From an uncultured cyanobacterium (GTDB taxonomy: Bacteria > Cyanobacteriota > Cyanobacteriia > Cyanobacteriales > CAWCAG01): a stretch of 64,000 nucleotides of DNA. The stretch is taken from NCBI GenBank assembly GCA_963803805.1, contig CAWDOD010000011.1, forward strand, positions 320,001 to 384,000. The letters are read 5' to 3'. Positions 55,836-64,000 of this stretch are shown one piece after another (position 1 is the stretch's first letter; each line of letters begins with the position of its first letter). Under the pieces are notes generated by a model. The model was not told the DNA's origin and ran no database searches. It saw only the letters and a list, made by a program, of their open reading frames with translations. Made by a program: the position numbers and the translations under genes.

Positions 55836-58502
55836 TCACTTAACCTTAAAAGGCAACTTAACTCGAAAAGTAGCCCCTTCACCAAGTTGGCTTTCTACCT
55901 TAATATCTCCCTGCATCAACTTAACTAAAGATTCAGTAATTGCCAACCCTAAACCCGTACCAGAATACTTGCGGGTAGTTGTTTGATCTACTTGACGAAA
56001 CTCTTCAAAAATATACTCTTTCTGCTCCGCATCAATACCAATACCCGTATCTTTAACGACTATTTCTAAATACTTAACATCTACTTCTTGGATAAAGACC
56101 TGAACGCTTCCTTGATCGGTAAACTTAATGGCATTAGAAAGGAGATTAACCACTATTTGGCGTAGGCGAAGGCTGTCATTAACTACGCGGGAATGTTTAA
56201 GTTTAACCTTTAGGTTTAAACTTAAATACTTCTCATCAGCTAAAGGACGCAATTCCTCAATAGTTGTCCTCACTAATTGAATAATATCAAACTCCTTGAG
56301 TTGTAATTCTAAACGCCCTGCTTCAGCTTTAGAAAGGTCAAGAATATGATTAATTAAAGCTAAAAGACTTTTACCATTATTGTGAATTTTTTCCACCATT
56401 TGGACATGATTAGAACCAAGGGTATCAGAATTCTTTTTGCGTAAAAGTAATTGTGAGAAACCAATAATTGCATTCATAGGAGTACGCAACTCGTGGGACA
56501 TAATCGCCAGAAATTGCGACTTCATTTTCGCTGCTTCCATCAGTTGCAAATTTTGCAGTTGAATTTGGTGACGTTGACTTTCTAACTCCTGATTCTGTTC
56601 AGCTAAAATTTGATTTTGAAACTCTAAACGTTCTTCTCTCTCTTCGAGGGTACTAATCAAACGAGCATTATCAATGGCGATCGCAGCTTGTTCTCCCACA
56701 GCAGTTAAAAGATATTGTCCTTCTTTATCAAAAGCAGTAGGATTTTCCCAATTACCAATGGCCAGAATTCCTAAACTTCCTGACTTTACAGACTTAATTG
56801 GTACGGCATAAATAGTCTGAGGCAAACTTTTTGCTGTTTCTGTATCTTGTTGGGGACTTTGAATTAATCTAGGTTCCCCCGTTAAAAAAACTTGGCGTAG
56901 CAAACTTTTAGACGAAGAAGCATCTTCTAAACTGAGACTCTCTTCCCCAACCCCAGCCGTCACAGTCAGCATCATACGATTACATTGGGAATTAAACAAA
57001 GCAATAAAACAAATCTGAACCCCAGGAATAGCTTCGCATACCGATCTCGCCATCACCCGCAATAAATCTGGTAAATCTGTGAGGCGATGATTCAATAAAT
57101 TTGTAAGTTGCTGGAGAGTGCGTAATTGTTGCTGCTGCTCCCCTAAAATGGCATTAGCTTGGCGAAGATCCTGGCTAGCTTGATGGGCTTCTTCAAACAA
57201 CCGAGCATTTTCAATCGCTAAAGCTGCCCGATGGGCTAAATCTTCTGCTAGCTTAAAATCATCTTGAGTATAACAACCCCCAGATTCACTCCAAACAAAC
57301 AGAATAGAACCTAAAGTTCTTTCTCCGGTTTTTAAAGGTACACAAATATAAGAATGAATATTTAAACTTTTAAGCTTCTCTAAATGCTCTTCATCCCTAG
57401 CCAGTTCGATTAACTTTTTTTCTGTAACAGAAAAACAAGCATCTGATTTACCCCGATGGATAACCTGAGCATAACCACTAACAGCACAATAACTTTTTAT
57501 GCCCTCAGCATAGTCTAGCTGCCGCACCAAAGCCTCTTTGTTGGGATCTATATGGGTAACGGCAATACGAAGACAACTCCCCTCAGAAGCCACCACATCA
57601 ATGGCACACCAATCAGCTAAACGAGGGACAGCTAGCTGAGCCAGGTTTTCTAAAGTAGCTTGATAATCTAAAGAAGCTGACAAAACCTCCGTAGCCTCAG
57701 CCAAGAAGCGAGTGCGTCTTTCTGTACGCTTGCGCTCAGTAATATCGCTAACAATACCAGACATTCTCAGGGGAATACCTTTACTATCCTTTTGGACTTT
57801 CCCCCTAGCTACATAGTAAAAGTATTCTCCACTCACATGACGTAACCGAAACTCCACCTCAAACTTAGCTTGCTTTCTCAAATGAGCGTGAACTGCTCGA
57901 CTAATTTTGAAGCGATCGCCTAAATGTAATAGCTTTTTTAATAGCGGCTTATTAACGGCCACTCCTTTTGAAGACAAACCTACCATTTCCAAAAGGCGAT
58001 CATTGGCATAAACTTTCTCATTGCCCCAGTCCCAATCCCAAATCCCATCATTAGAACCTTCAACCACCAAACGGTACATTTCCTCGCTTTCTTTTAAGCG
58101 TCGATTGGCAAAATCAGCTTGTTGTTCAGCATGATATAGGCGTACTGAATTATGAAGAGAGCGCGCTAAACTTTCAGAAGAAATTTTTCTTTGGGGAATA
58201 TAATCAGAAGCCCCAGCTTTAATCAAATCAGCAGCATAATGTTCATCTCCCTGGGCAATCAAAACCACTAGAGGGACTTTAATGTTGGCATGACGAATCT
58301 TTTCAACTAGTTCTCTACCACTACCATCTGGCAATCTGTAATCAAGGAAAACGCATTCAAAGTCTCTTTCTTGCTTTAAGCTGGCAATAGCACTCTCACA
58401 GCTATTTGCTGATTCCATCTCTATATCAACTCTGGCCTTACTTAGAGCTTTGTATAGCACCATACGTTCAATTTCATCTTCTTCTACTACCAAAATTTTC
58501 AT
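55836..58502 (-). CDS. Cytoplasmic sensor histidine kinase (degenerate REC, PAS, GAF, GAF, HisKA, HATPase)
   Basis: [27 protein letters not shown] and GTGLGL motifs; ATG 58502. Confidence 0.93.
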   Translation of the reverse strand: MKILVVEEDEIERMVLYKALSKARVDIEMESANSCESAIASLKQERDFECVFLDYRLPDGSGRELVEKIRHANIKVPLVVLIAQGDEHYAADLIKAGASDYIPQRKISSESLARSLHNSVRLYHAEQQADFANRRLKESEEMYRLVVEGSNDGIWDWDWGNEKVYANDRLLEMVGLSSKGVAVNKPLLKKLLHLGDRFKISRAVHAHLRKQAKFEVEFRLRHVSGEYFYYVARGKVQKDSKGIPLRMSGIVSDITERKRTERRTRFLAEATEVLSASLDYQATLENLAQLAVPRLADWCAIDVVASEGSCLRIAVTHIDPNKEALVRQLDYAEGIKSYCAVSGYAQVIHRGKSDACFSVTEKKLIELARDEEHLEKLKSLNIHSYICVPLKTGERTLGSILFVWSESGGCYTQDDFKLAEDLAHRAALAIENARLFEEAHQASQDLRQANAILGEQQQQLRTLQQLTNLLNHRLTDLPDLLRVMARSVCEAIPGVQICFIALFNSQCNRMMLTVTAGVGEESLSLEDASSSKSLLRQVFLTGEPRLIQSPQQDTETAKSLPQTIYAVPIKSVKSGSLGILAIGNWENPTAFDKEGQYLLTAVGEQAAIAIDNARLISTLEEREERLEFQNQILAEQNQELESQRHQIQLQNLQLMEAAKMKSQFLAIMSHELRTPMNAIIGFSQLLLRKKNSDTLGSNHVQMVEKIHNNGKSLLALINHILDLSKAEAGRLELQLKEFDIIQLVRTTIEELRPLADEKYLSLNLKVKLKHSRVVNDSLRLRQIVVNLLSNAIKFTDQGSVQVFIQEVDVKYLEIVVKDTGIGIDAEQKEYIFEEFRQVDQTTTRKYSGTGLGLAITESLVKLMQGDIKVESQLGEGATFRVKLPFKVK

Positions 58503-58803
58503 GATTTTATTCCTATCAATCAGTATCAATTGATTGTCTAGCTAGTTCAAAGTATTTATACTAAAGCAGCAAAATTGTTTCTCATGTCACACCAATTTAA
58601 GGACTTTTATGTCAGCAATCAACGCCCAATTAACAATCCCATGACTAAAAGATCGGTTAAATATTAAGAGTGATTTAATTTTTATTGATCACCAAAGTAT
58701 TGAACATGATTTTCTGTAATCTGTGACAATCTGACTAAAGGCTAGAGAAAATACTACACTTTACTGATTAGTTATTTGAGTTTTTTGGGGAAACGTTTTC
58801 AAG

Positions 58804-59529
58804 ATGAGTAGAATTCGCGTTGCTCTCATTGAAGACCACGACCTAACTAGAGTCGGGCTTAGGACTGCACTGCAACAGTCCAATGAGATCGAATTGGTTG
58901 GTGAAGCGGCTAATGGGACTGAAGGTTTAAAATTGTTGGAAACTTCCCAACCTGATATTGGTATAGTCGATATTGGTCTGCCAGATATAGATGGTATAGA
59001 ACTAACTCGCAAATCCAAAGAAAATGCCTCATCAGGGGAATCAAAACCAATAAAAATTTTGATTTTGACCTTACATGATAATGAAGAAGCAGTTTTAGCA
59101 GCTTTTGCGGCTGGGGCTGATTCCTACTGCATGAAAAATATGAGCTTTGATCGCCTAATTGAAGTACTCAAATTAACCTATGAGGGCAATTCTTGGATTG
59201 ATCCGGCGATCGCCAGAATTATTCTTTCCCAAACCAAAAGTTCCTCGACTGATGCCAAATCAGCACCGATGGGGAATCAAGGGAAAGTGAGAATTAACGC
59301 TGCTGAGCCAGAATATAGTCAACTGATTGAAGCTTATCCTCTCACTGAAAGGGAACTAGAAGTTCTCCAACTTATTGTTGAAGGTTGTAGTAACGCTGAA
59401 ATTGCTGAAAAACTTTTTATTACCGTAGGAACTGTCAAAACCCATGTTCGTAATATTTTAAACAAATTATGTGCTGACGACCGCACCCAAGCTGCCGTTC
59501 GCGCTCTTCGTTCGGGATTAGTTGGTTGA
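58804..59529 (+). CDS. NarL/LuxR family response regulator
   Basis: REC domain plus LTERELEVLQLIVEG.SN.EIA...TVKTHVRNIL.KL. Confidence 0.95.
   Translation: MSRIRVALIEDHDLTRVGLRTALQQSNEIELVGEAANGTEGLKLLETSQPDIGIVDIGLPDIDGIELTRKSKENASSGESKPIKILILTLHDNEEAVLAAFAAGADSYCMKNMSFDRLIEVLKLTYEGNSWIDPAIARIILSQTKSSSTDAKSAPMGNQGKVRINAAEPEYSQLIEAYPLTERELEVLQLIVEGCSNAEIAEKLFITVGTVKTHVRNILNKLCADDRTQAAVRALRSGLVG
58809..59529 (+). other. Domain span of the NarL/LuxR response regulator (REC plus LuxR HTH)
   Basis: LIEDH, VDIGLP and LTERELEVL...TVKTHV motifs. Confidence 0.5.
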
Positions 59530-59790
59530 GGGGATGAAAAAAGAGAGCGATAATATAATCTTCAGCTACTAAGCTTGTTTTTAGTTATGAAGCAAATCAT
59601 CAACAAATCATCCCTTTATCAAGTTGGTAATGGGTCTTACCGAAGTTAAGCCTTACTAGCATCTAAAATGATTAATTGTCCTGGTATTTGGCTGGTAAGC
59701 TTTTTGTTGGTGCAAAATTTACTAGCCAAGCTCTTAAAACATAAGCGCACCGATGTCTTTTTCAATGGATCGCCAAACTGGAGTGAGTAA

Positions 59791-61503
59791 ATGAGTCAGG
59801 CAAACCGCAGCAAACTTAATTTAATGGTAGTGGATGACGAGCCTGACAACTTAGAATTGCTCAATCGTACTTTCCGGCGGGATTTTCGAGTTCATCCGGC
59901 TGATGGGGCCCTTAGCGCCCTCGAAATTCTTGATCGCGAAGGAGAGATGGCTGTGATCATCTCTGATCAACGTATGCCAGTTATGAATGGCACAGAATTT
60001 TTAAGCAAAACAGTAGAAAGGTTTCCTGATACAATTCGTATTCTTCTCACTGGTTATACCGATGTTGAAGACCTTGTAGAAGCAATAAATTCTGGTAAAG
60101 TTTTCAAATACATCACCAAACCTTGGAATCCTGAAAAGCTCAAAGCAGTGGTTCAACAAGCGGCAGATACCTATAGAGTAGTTAAACAAAGAACTAATGA
60201 ACTGCGGCGTGTTTTGAAGCGCGAAGAGTTATTAAATGAAATTACTAACACAATTCGCGAATCCTTAGACTACCGTAGTATGTCACAAACTATTGTCAAA
60301 ACCATTGGCGAAAACTTTGGAGCTAAAGCGGGAGTATTAAGACCTATTAGTGAAAGCGAGATATTACCAGATGCTTTCTCTTTTCAAGTTGATGATGTTG
60401 CCCAGTGGAGTATTTCTCCTCAAGAAGAAGAATCTTTACTCCAAGAGGTTTTATCGAGCCAAAAAACCAAAAAGCTAGCCTCAGCAGAAGTTGGTAAAGA
60501 AAAATGCTTTCACTTAGCTGTGCCATTAATCTGCCAGCAAGAGTTACTAGCAATTCTTTCCCTTTATGAAATTGACAGTGCCACAGCTAAAGACGAATCT
60601 GATATTGAGTTACTAGAGGCGGTTAGTGAACAAGCAGCCTTGGCAATTTCCCAAGCCAGACTTCTCCAAAGAACTCAACAACAAGCTGAGAAAATGCGGG
60701 CGGAACTAGAAGTAGCCCGGCAAATTCAAAATAATATTCTACGCCAAAGCTGGCCGGAAGTTGAAGGCATTTTAGTACAAGCTAGCTGTTACCCGGCTAG
60801 GGAAGTGGGGGGAGACTTTTTTGAAGTGTATGTTCATCCCCAAGGAGATATTTGGTTAGCGGTGGCTGATGTTTCTGGTAAAGGTGTACCTGCTGCTTTA
60901 TTTATGGCTAGTGCTATTTCTGTACTGAGGAGAGAAGTAGCCCAAGAAATTTCTCCAGAACCCGAAGAAGTGATGAAAAATCTTAATCGCAGTATGTCAG
61001 AAGATTTATTCAGCACCAACTGCTTTATAACTATGGTTTTGGCCCGTTATACTCCTAGCACCAACCAGCTAGCTTATGCTAATGCAGGTCATATTTATCC
61101 TATGCTCTGGTCTCATCGTACCCTTGCGGAACAGAGGAAAAATGCTAGTAAAGAGATAACAGTGGAACCAAACTATTTACAAACTCGCGGTATTCCCCTT
61201 GGCATACTCAAGGATTGGAAAGGAAAAGCGGGGAACTCAACTTTAGAACAGGGTGATATTTTTCTTTTGACTAGTGATGGCATTACAGAAGCAACTGTGA
61301 CAAGATCGATGGTATCGGAATCTAATGGGGCTGCGGATGAAAAACTCCAAGCCAGCTCAATGCTAAATCAACAAGGTCTTTGGCAATTGCTACTCCAGGA
61401 GTCTGATCCTTTAAACTTGGACGAGTTACTAAAGCACCTGGGCGAATACACTAATAAAGTCCAAGAAGACGACCAAACTATTTTATCTCTGGAGGTTATG
61501 TAG
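59791..61503 (+). CDS. REC-GAF-PP2C (SpoIIE/RsbU-like) phosphatase
   Basis: VVDDE, SDQRMP, GAF domain, VGGDF, ADVSGKG, NAGH, SDGITE and DDQT motifs. Confidence 0.93.
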   Translation: MSQANRSKLNLMVVDDEPDNLELLNRTFRRDFRVHPADGALSALEILDREGEMAVIISDQRMPVMNGTEFLSKTVERFPDTIRILLTGYTDVEDLVEAINSGKVFKYITKPWNPEKLKAVVQQAADTYRVVKQRTNELRRVLKREELLNEITNTIRESLDYRSMSQTIVKTIGENFGAKAGVLRPISESEILPDAFSFQVDDVAQWSISPQEEESLLQEVLSSQKTKKLASAEVGKEKCFHLAVPLICQQELLAILSLYEIDSATAKDESDIELLEAVSEQAALAISQARLLQRTQQQAEKMRAELEVARQIQNNILRQSWPEVEGILVQASCYPAREVGGDFFEVYVHPQGDIWLAVADVSGKGVPAALFMASAISVLRREVAQEISPEPEEVMKNLNRSMSEDLFSTNCFITMVLARYTPSTNQLAYANAGHIYPMLWSHRTLAEQRKNASKEITVEPNYLQTRGIPLGILKDWKGKAGNSTLEQGDIFLLTSDGITEATVTRSMVSESNGAADEKLQASSMLNQQGLWQLLLQESDPLNLDELLKHLGEYTNKVQEDDQTILSLEVM

Positions 61504-61506
61504 TTG

Positions 61507-61944
61507 ATGAAGACTGAACTACACGTACCAAGCGAGTTAAAGTTTCTTAAAGTTGTTGAGTGTTGGTTAATTGACTCTTTAACTTTAGAGTTAGGTGATT
61601 CTGTTGATTGGCCTAGCCAACAGAATCGAATACGCTTAGCTTTAGTAGAAGCTTACTCGAACGTAGTACGTCACGCCCATAAAGATCAACCCAATTTACC
61701 TGTTTTGGTTTGCTTGGAATTGAAGGAGCGGGATATTGCTGTAGAAATTTGGGACTATGGTAAGGGTTTTGATCTCTCAACCTATTTACCGCCGAAACCT
61801 GACGATAAGCAAGAAGGTGGTTATGGTTGGTTAATTATGAACCGCTTGATGGATAGGGTGGAATATCGCTTACAGGTAAATGGTCGTAATTGTTTGAAAT
61901 TGGAAACGACCTTACCAGAAAAATCAAGCAAACTTAAGAAGTGA
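61507..61944 (+). CDS. Anti-sigma regulatory factor (RsbW-like Ser/Thr kinase)
   Basis: EAYSNVVRHA, D.GKGFD and GGYGWLIM..LMD motifs. Confidence 0.9.
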   Translation: MKTELHVPSELKFLKVVECWLIDSLTLELGDSVDWPSQQNRIRLALVEAYSNVVRHAHKDQPNLPVLVCLELKERDIAVEIWDYGKGFDLSTYLPPKPDDKQEGGYGWLIMNRLMDRVEYRLQVNGRNCLKLETTLPEKSSKLKK

Positions 61945-62861
61945 ATATTGATAGTTCTTTACTTAAAGAACAAGCCCTAGCTATCGGTTTTCATCAAGTA
62001 GGGATTGCTTCTGTCAAAGCAGCAACTGAGTTCCATCAGGCTGCTGTTGCTTCCCTTCAGGCTTGGTTAAGGTTAGGGTATCAAGCTGATATGGCTTGGA
62101 TGGCTAATCCTAAGCGTTTCGATCTACCAGAGGCTAAATCCGTAATTTGTGTTGCCCTGAACTACTACACTCCCCATCAGCGACCAGAAGGCCAAGAATA
62201 CGGGAAGATATCTCGTTATGGTTGGGGAAGGGACTATCACAAAGTTATGCAGAAGAAGCTGAAAGCTTTAACGAATTGGTTACAGGAACAGGGGGAGGAC
62301 ATTTCTGCACGTTATTACGTTGATACAGCACCAATACAAGACAAATTTTGGAGTCAACAAGCTGGAATTGGCTGGGTTGCTAAAAACAGTAATTTAATTA
62401 CTAGAGAATACGGTAGTTGGGTATTTTTAGGTGAAATAGTTACTAATTTAATCTTGCCACCAGATAATCCCCATACAGAACATTGCGGTACTTGTACTCG
62501 CTGTTTAGAAGCTTGCCCTACCAATGCGATTACCGAACCTTTTGTTGTGGATGCTAATCATTGTATCGCCTATCATACCATCGAAAATAGGGATAGGGAA
62601 TTACCAGAATCGGTCAAACCTCATTTACAAGGATGGGTGGCAGGTTGTGATATTTGTCAAGATGTTTGTCCTTGGAATCAGCGTTTTGCTCAAGAAACCG
62701 ATGTGGAAGAGTTTCAACCCTATCCTGGTAATGTCGCTCCCAAATTAACAGAATTAGCAGAAATTACAGAAGAAGAATGGCAACAAAGATTCCCTGCTTC
62801 AGCTTTGAGGAGAATTAAACCTAAAATGTTACGGAGGAATGCCCAGGCTAATTTAGAATAA
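61941..62861 (+). CDS. queG: Epoxyqueuosine reductase
   Basis: SRYGWGRDYH, DTAP, CGTCTRCLEACP and GCDICQDVCPWN motifs. Confidence 0.95.
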   Translation: MNIDSSLLKEQALAIGFHQVGIASVKAATEFHQAAVASLQAWLRLGYQADMAWMANPKRFDLPEAKSVICVALNYYTPHQRPEGQEYGKISRYGWGRDYHKVMQKKLKALTNWLQEQGEDISARYYVDTAPIQDKFWSQQAGIGWVAKNSNLITREYGSWVFLGEIVTNLILPPDNPHTEHCGTCTRCLEACPTNAITEPFVVDANHCIAYHTIENRDRELPESVKPHLQGWVAGCDICQDVCPWNQRFAQETDVEEFQPYPGNVAPKLTELAEITEEEWQQRFPASALRRIKPKMLRRNAQANLE

Positions 62862-62906
62862 ACCATTTTCTGGGGTAAAGGTTAAAGAGTTACTTAATAT
62901 AAAACT

Positions 62907-63011
62907 ATGGAAAATACTGAATTACTAAATTATATTGCTGGTGGATTGGGGATTTTGATTTTTATCGGGGGATTTTTAATGATGTTTACTACTTTTTGGA
63001 CGAAAAAGTAG
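62907..63011 (+). CDS. Putative 34-aa single-TM microprotein
   Basis: MENTELLNYIAGGLGILIFIGGFLMMFTTFWTKK*; 45 nt after queG on the same strand. Confidence 0.6.
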   Translation: MENTELLNYIAGGLGILIFIGGFLMMFTTFWTKK

Positions 63012-63067
63012 TTGCTCATGGTTAGTTGCTAATTAGGAACAGCCCTTCCCCCTTTACCTATTAATTC

Positions 63068-64000
63068 TTACTTAAGAAATACTCCCATACGTCGAGAATC
63101 TCCTACACCAAATAGAGAGTTGTTTGCCGTAACTTCTACGGCATTGACTCCGCCAAAAAACATATTTTTTTCTAGCCATGAAACGATTTGACTAGAGTTG
63201 GGTAATTGGAGGTTATTAATGACTTCTGTATTAGGCATTGGTTCGGCATGAAATAAATCATTTTCCCAATGTACTCTAGGGCTTTCTACTGCTAGCTGAG
63301 AAGTCATTTGAAAATCTATCAAATTAGAAATAACCTGTAATATTGCAGTTCTAATTCGATTAGAACCTCCCGATCCAAGGACAAATTGGGGACTGTTTTC
63401 TTGAAGGATAATGGTAGGAGCCATCATAGAAGTAAGGCGCTGATTTGTTGGCCAATTGTGAAATCCTTGAGGGTTTAAATCTGCTTCACCTAACATATTG
63501 TTAACCATTATTCCTGTACCAGGGATAATATAACCCGAACCTTCCCCATTAGAAGTAGTAACACTAGCAGCATTTCCTAACTCATCAATTACGCTAACAT
63601 GGGTGGTGCTGCCCAATTTATTAAGAGTATTTTGCAAACTTTTTTGATAATTTTGTAAATGGTCTGAAGCAAGAAAGTTATCAGAAAAATCATCTTGTTT
63701 GCTTGCCCGTGCTGTATTTGTTAAACTCATAACTTGAGCCAGAATTTGCAAATGTTCCTGGCTAGAGAATTTGAGATTAGCTAAATTAATTGTTTCTAAT
63801 AATTTTAGGGAAAAACCAATCAAAGTGCCTCCGGAACTAGGGGAGGGATTGGTTATAATTTCGTAGCCACGATAATTTATTTTGAGAGGTTTCCTGACAA
63901 TTACTTGGTAGTTTTGTAAATCTTCTAAGGTTAGATATCCTCCTTGTTCTTGACAATCACTAACTAGCAGTCGAGCAATTTCTCCTTCATAAAATTCCTT
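63068..64000 (-). CDS. ggt: Gamma-glutamyltransferase, C-terminal part; starts beyond the right edge
   Basis: Frame open to the window end (EFYEGEIA...PSSGG); TTHVSVID, SMMAPT, GSGGSNRI and DSRR motifs. Confidence 0.92.
   Translation of the reverse strand, partial: KEFYEGEIARLLVSDCQEQGGYLTLEDLQNYQVIVRKPLKINYRGYEIITNPSPSSGGTLIGFSLKLLETINLANLKFSSQEHLQILAQVMSLTNTARASKQDDFSDNFLASDHLQNYQKSLQNTLNKLGSTTHVSVIDELGNAASVTTSNGEGSGYIIPGTGIMVNNMLGEADLNPQGFHNWPTNQRLTSMMAPTIILQENSPQFVLGSGGSNRIRTAILQVISNLIDFQMTSQLAVESPRVHWENDLFHAEPMPNTEVINNLQLPNSSQIVSWLEKNMFFGGVNAVEVTANNSLFGVGDSRRMGVFLK

Overview
AT-rich cyanobacterial chromosome segment, judged from abundant HIP1 GCGATCGC octamers, heptamer STRR-type tandem repeats and cyanobacteria-specific gene families. 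Most of the window is housekeeping: ruvA, rodZ, valS with a CAAD insert, the rpsL-rpsG-fusA-tuf-rpsJ operon, pheA, rne-rnhB, iscS, folK, rsmH, ligA, lepB, hemJ, queG and ggt. It also holds an arsM-arsS-DedA arsenosugar-type cluster, tandem Ser/Thr kinases, a partner-switching signalling locus, and two tandem multi-PAS hybrid histidine kinases that share about 1.41 kb of near-identical DNA. The best candidate for an undescribed system is at the left edge. A tail-anchored flavohemoglobin-type globin is followed 9 nt later by a multiheme c-type cytochrome that the ORF track missed (4 CxxCH plus 1 CxxxxCH in the first 167 aa, running off the window). Both lie under a nir-operon-like promoter: an NtcA site GTA-N8-TAC-N22-TAN3T plus an AT-N11-AT LysR (NtcB-like) palindrome near -94. 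Other points are two single-base frameshifts (rnhB and an exported protein), a CHAT-domain relic starting at a HIP1 site, two unannotated ~35-aa membrane peptides, a perfect HLR1 motif upstream of valS and a likely CTG start. No rRNA, tRNA, CRISPR array or transposase was recognised. All calls were made by eye without database searches.
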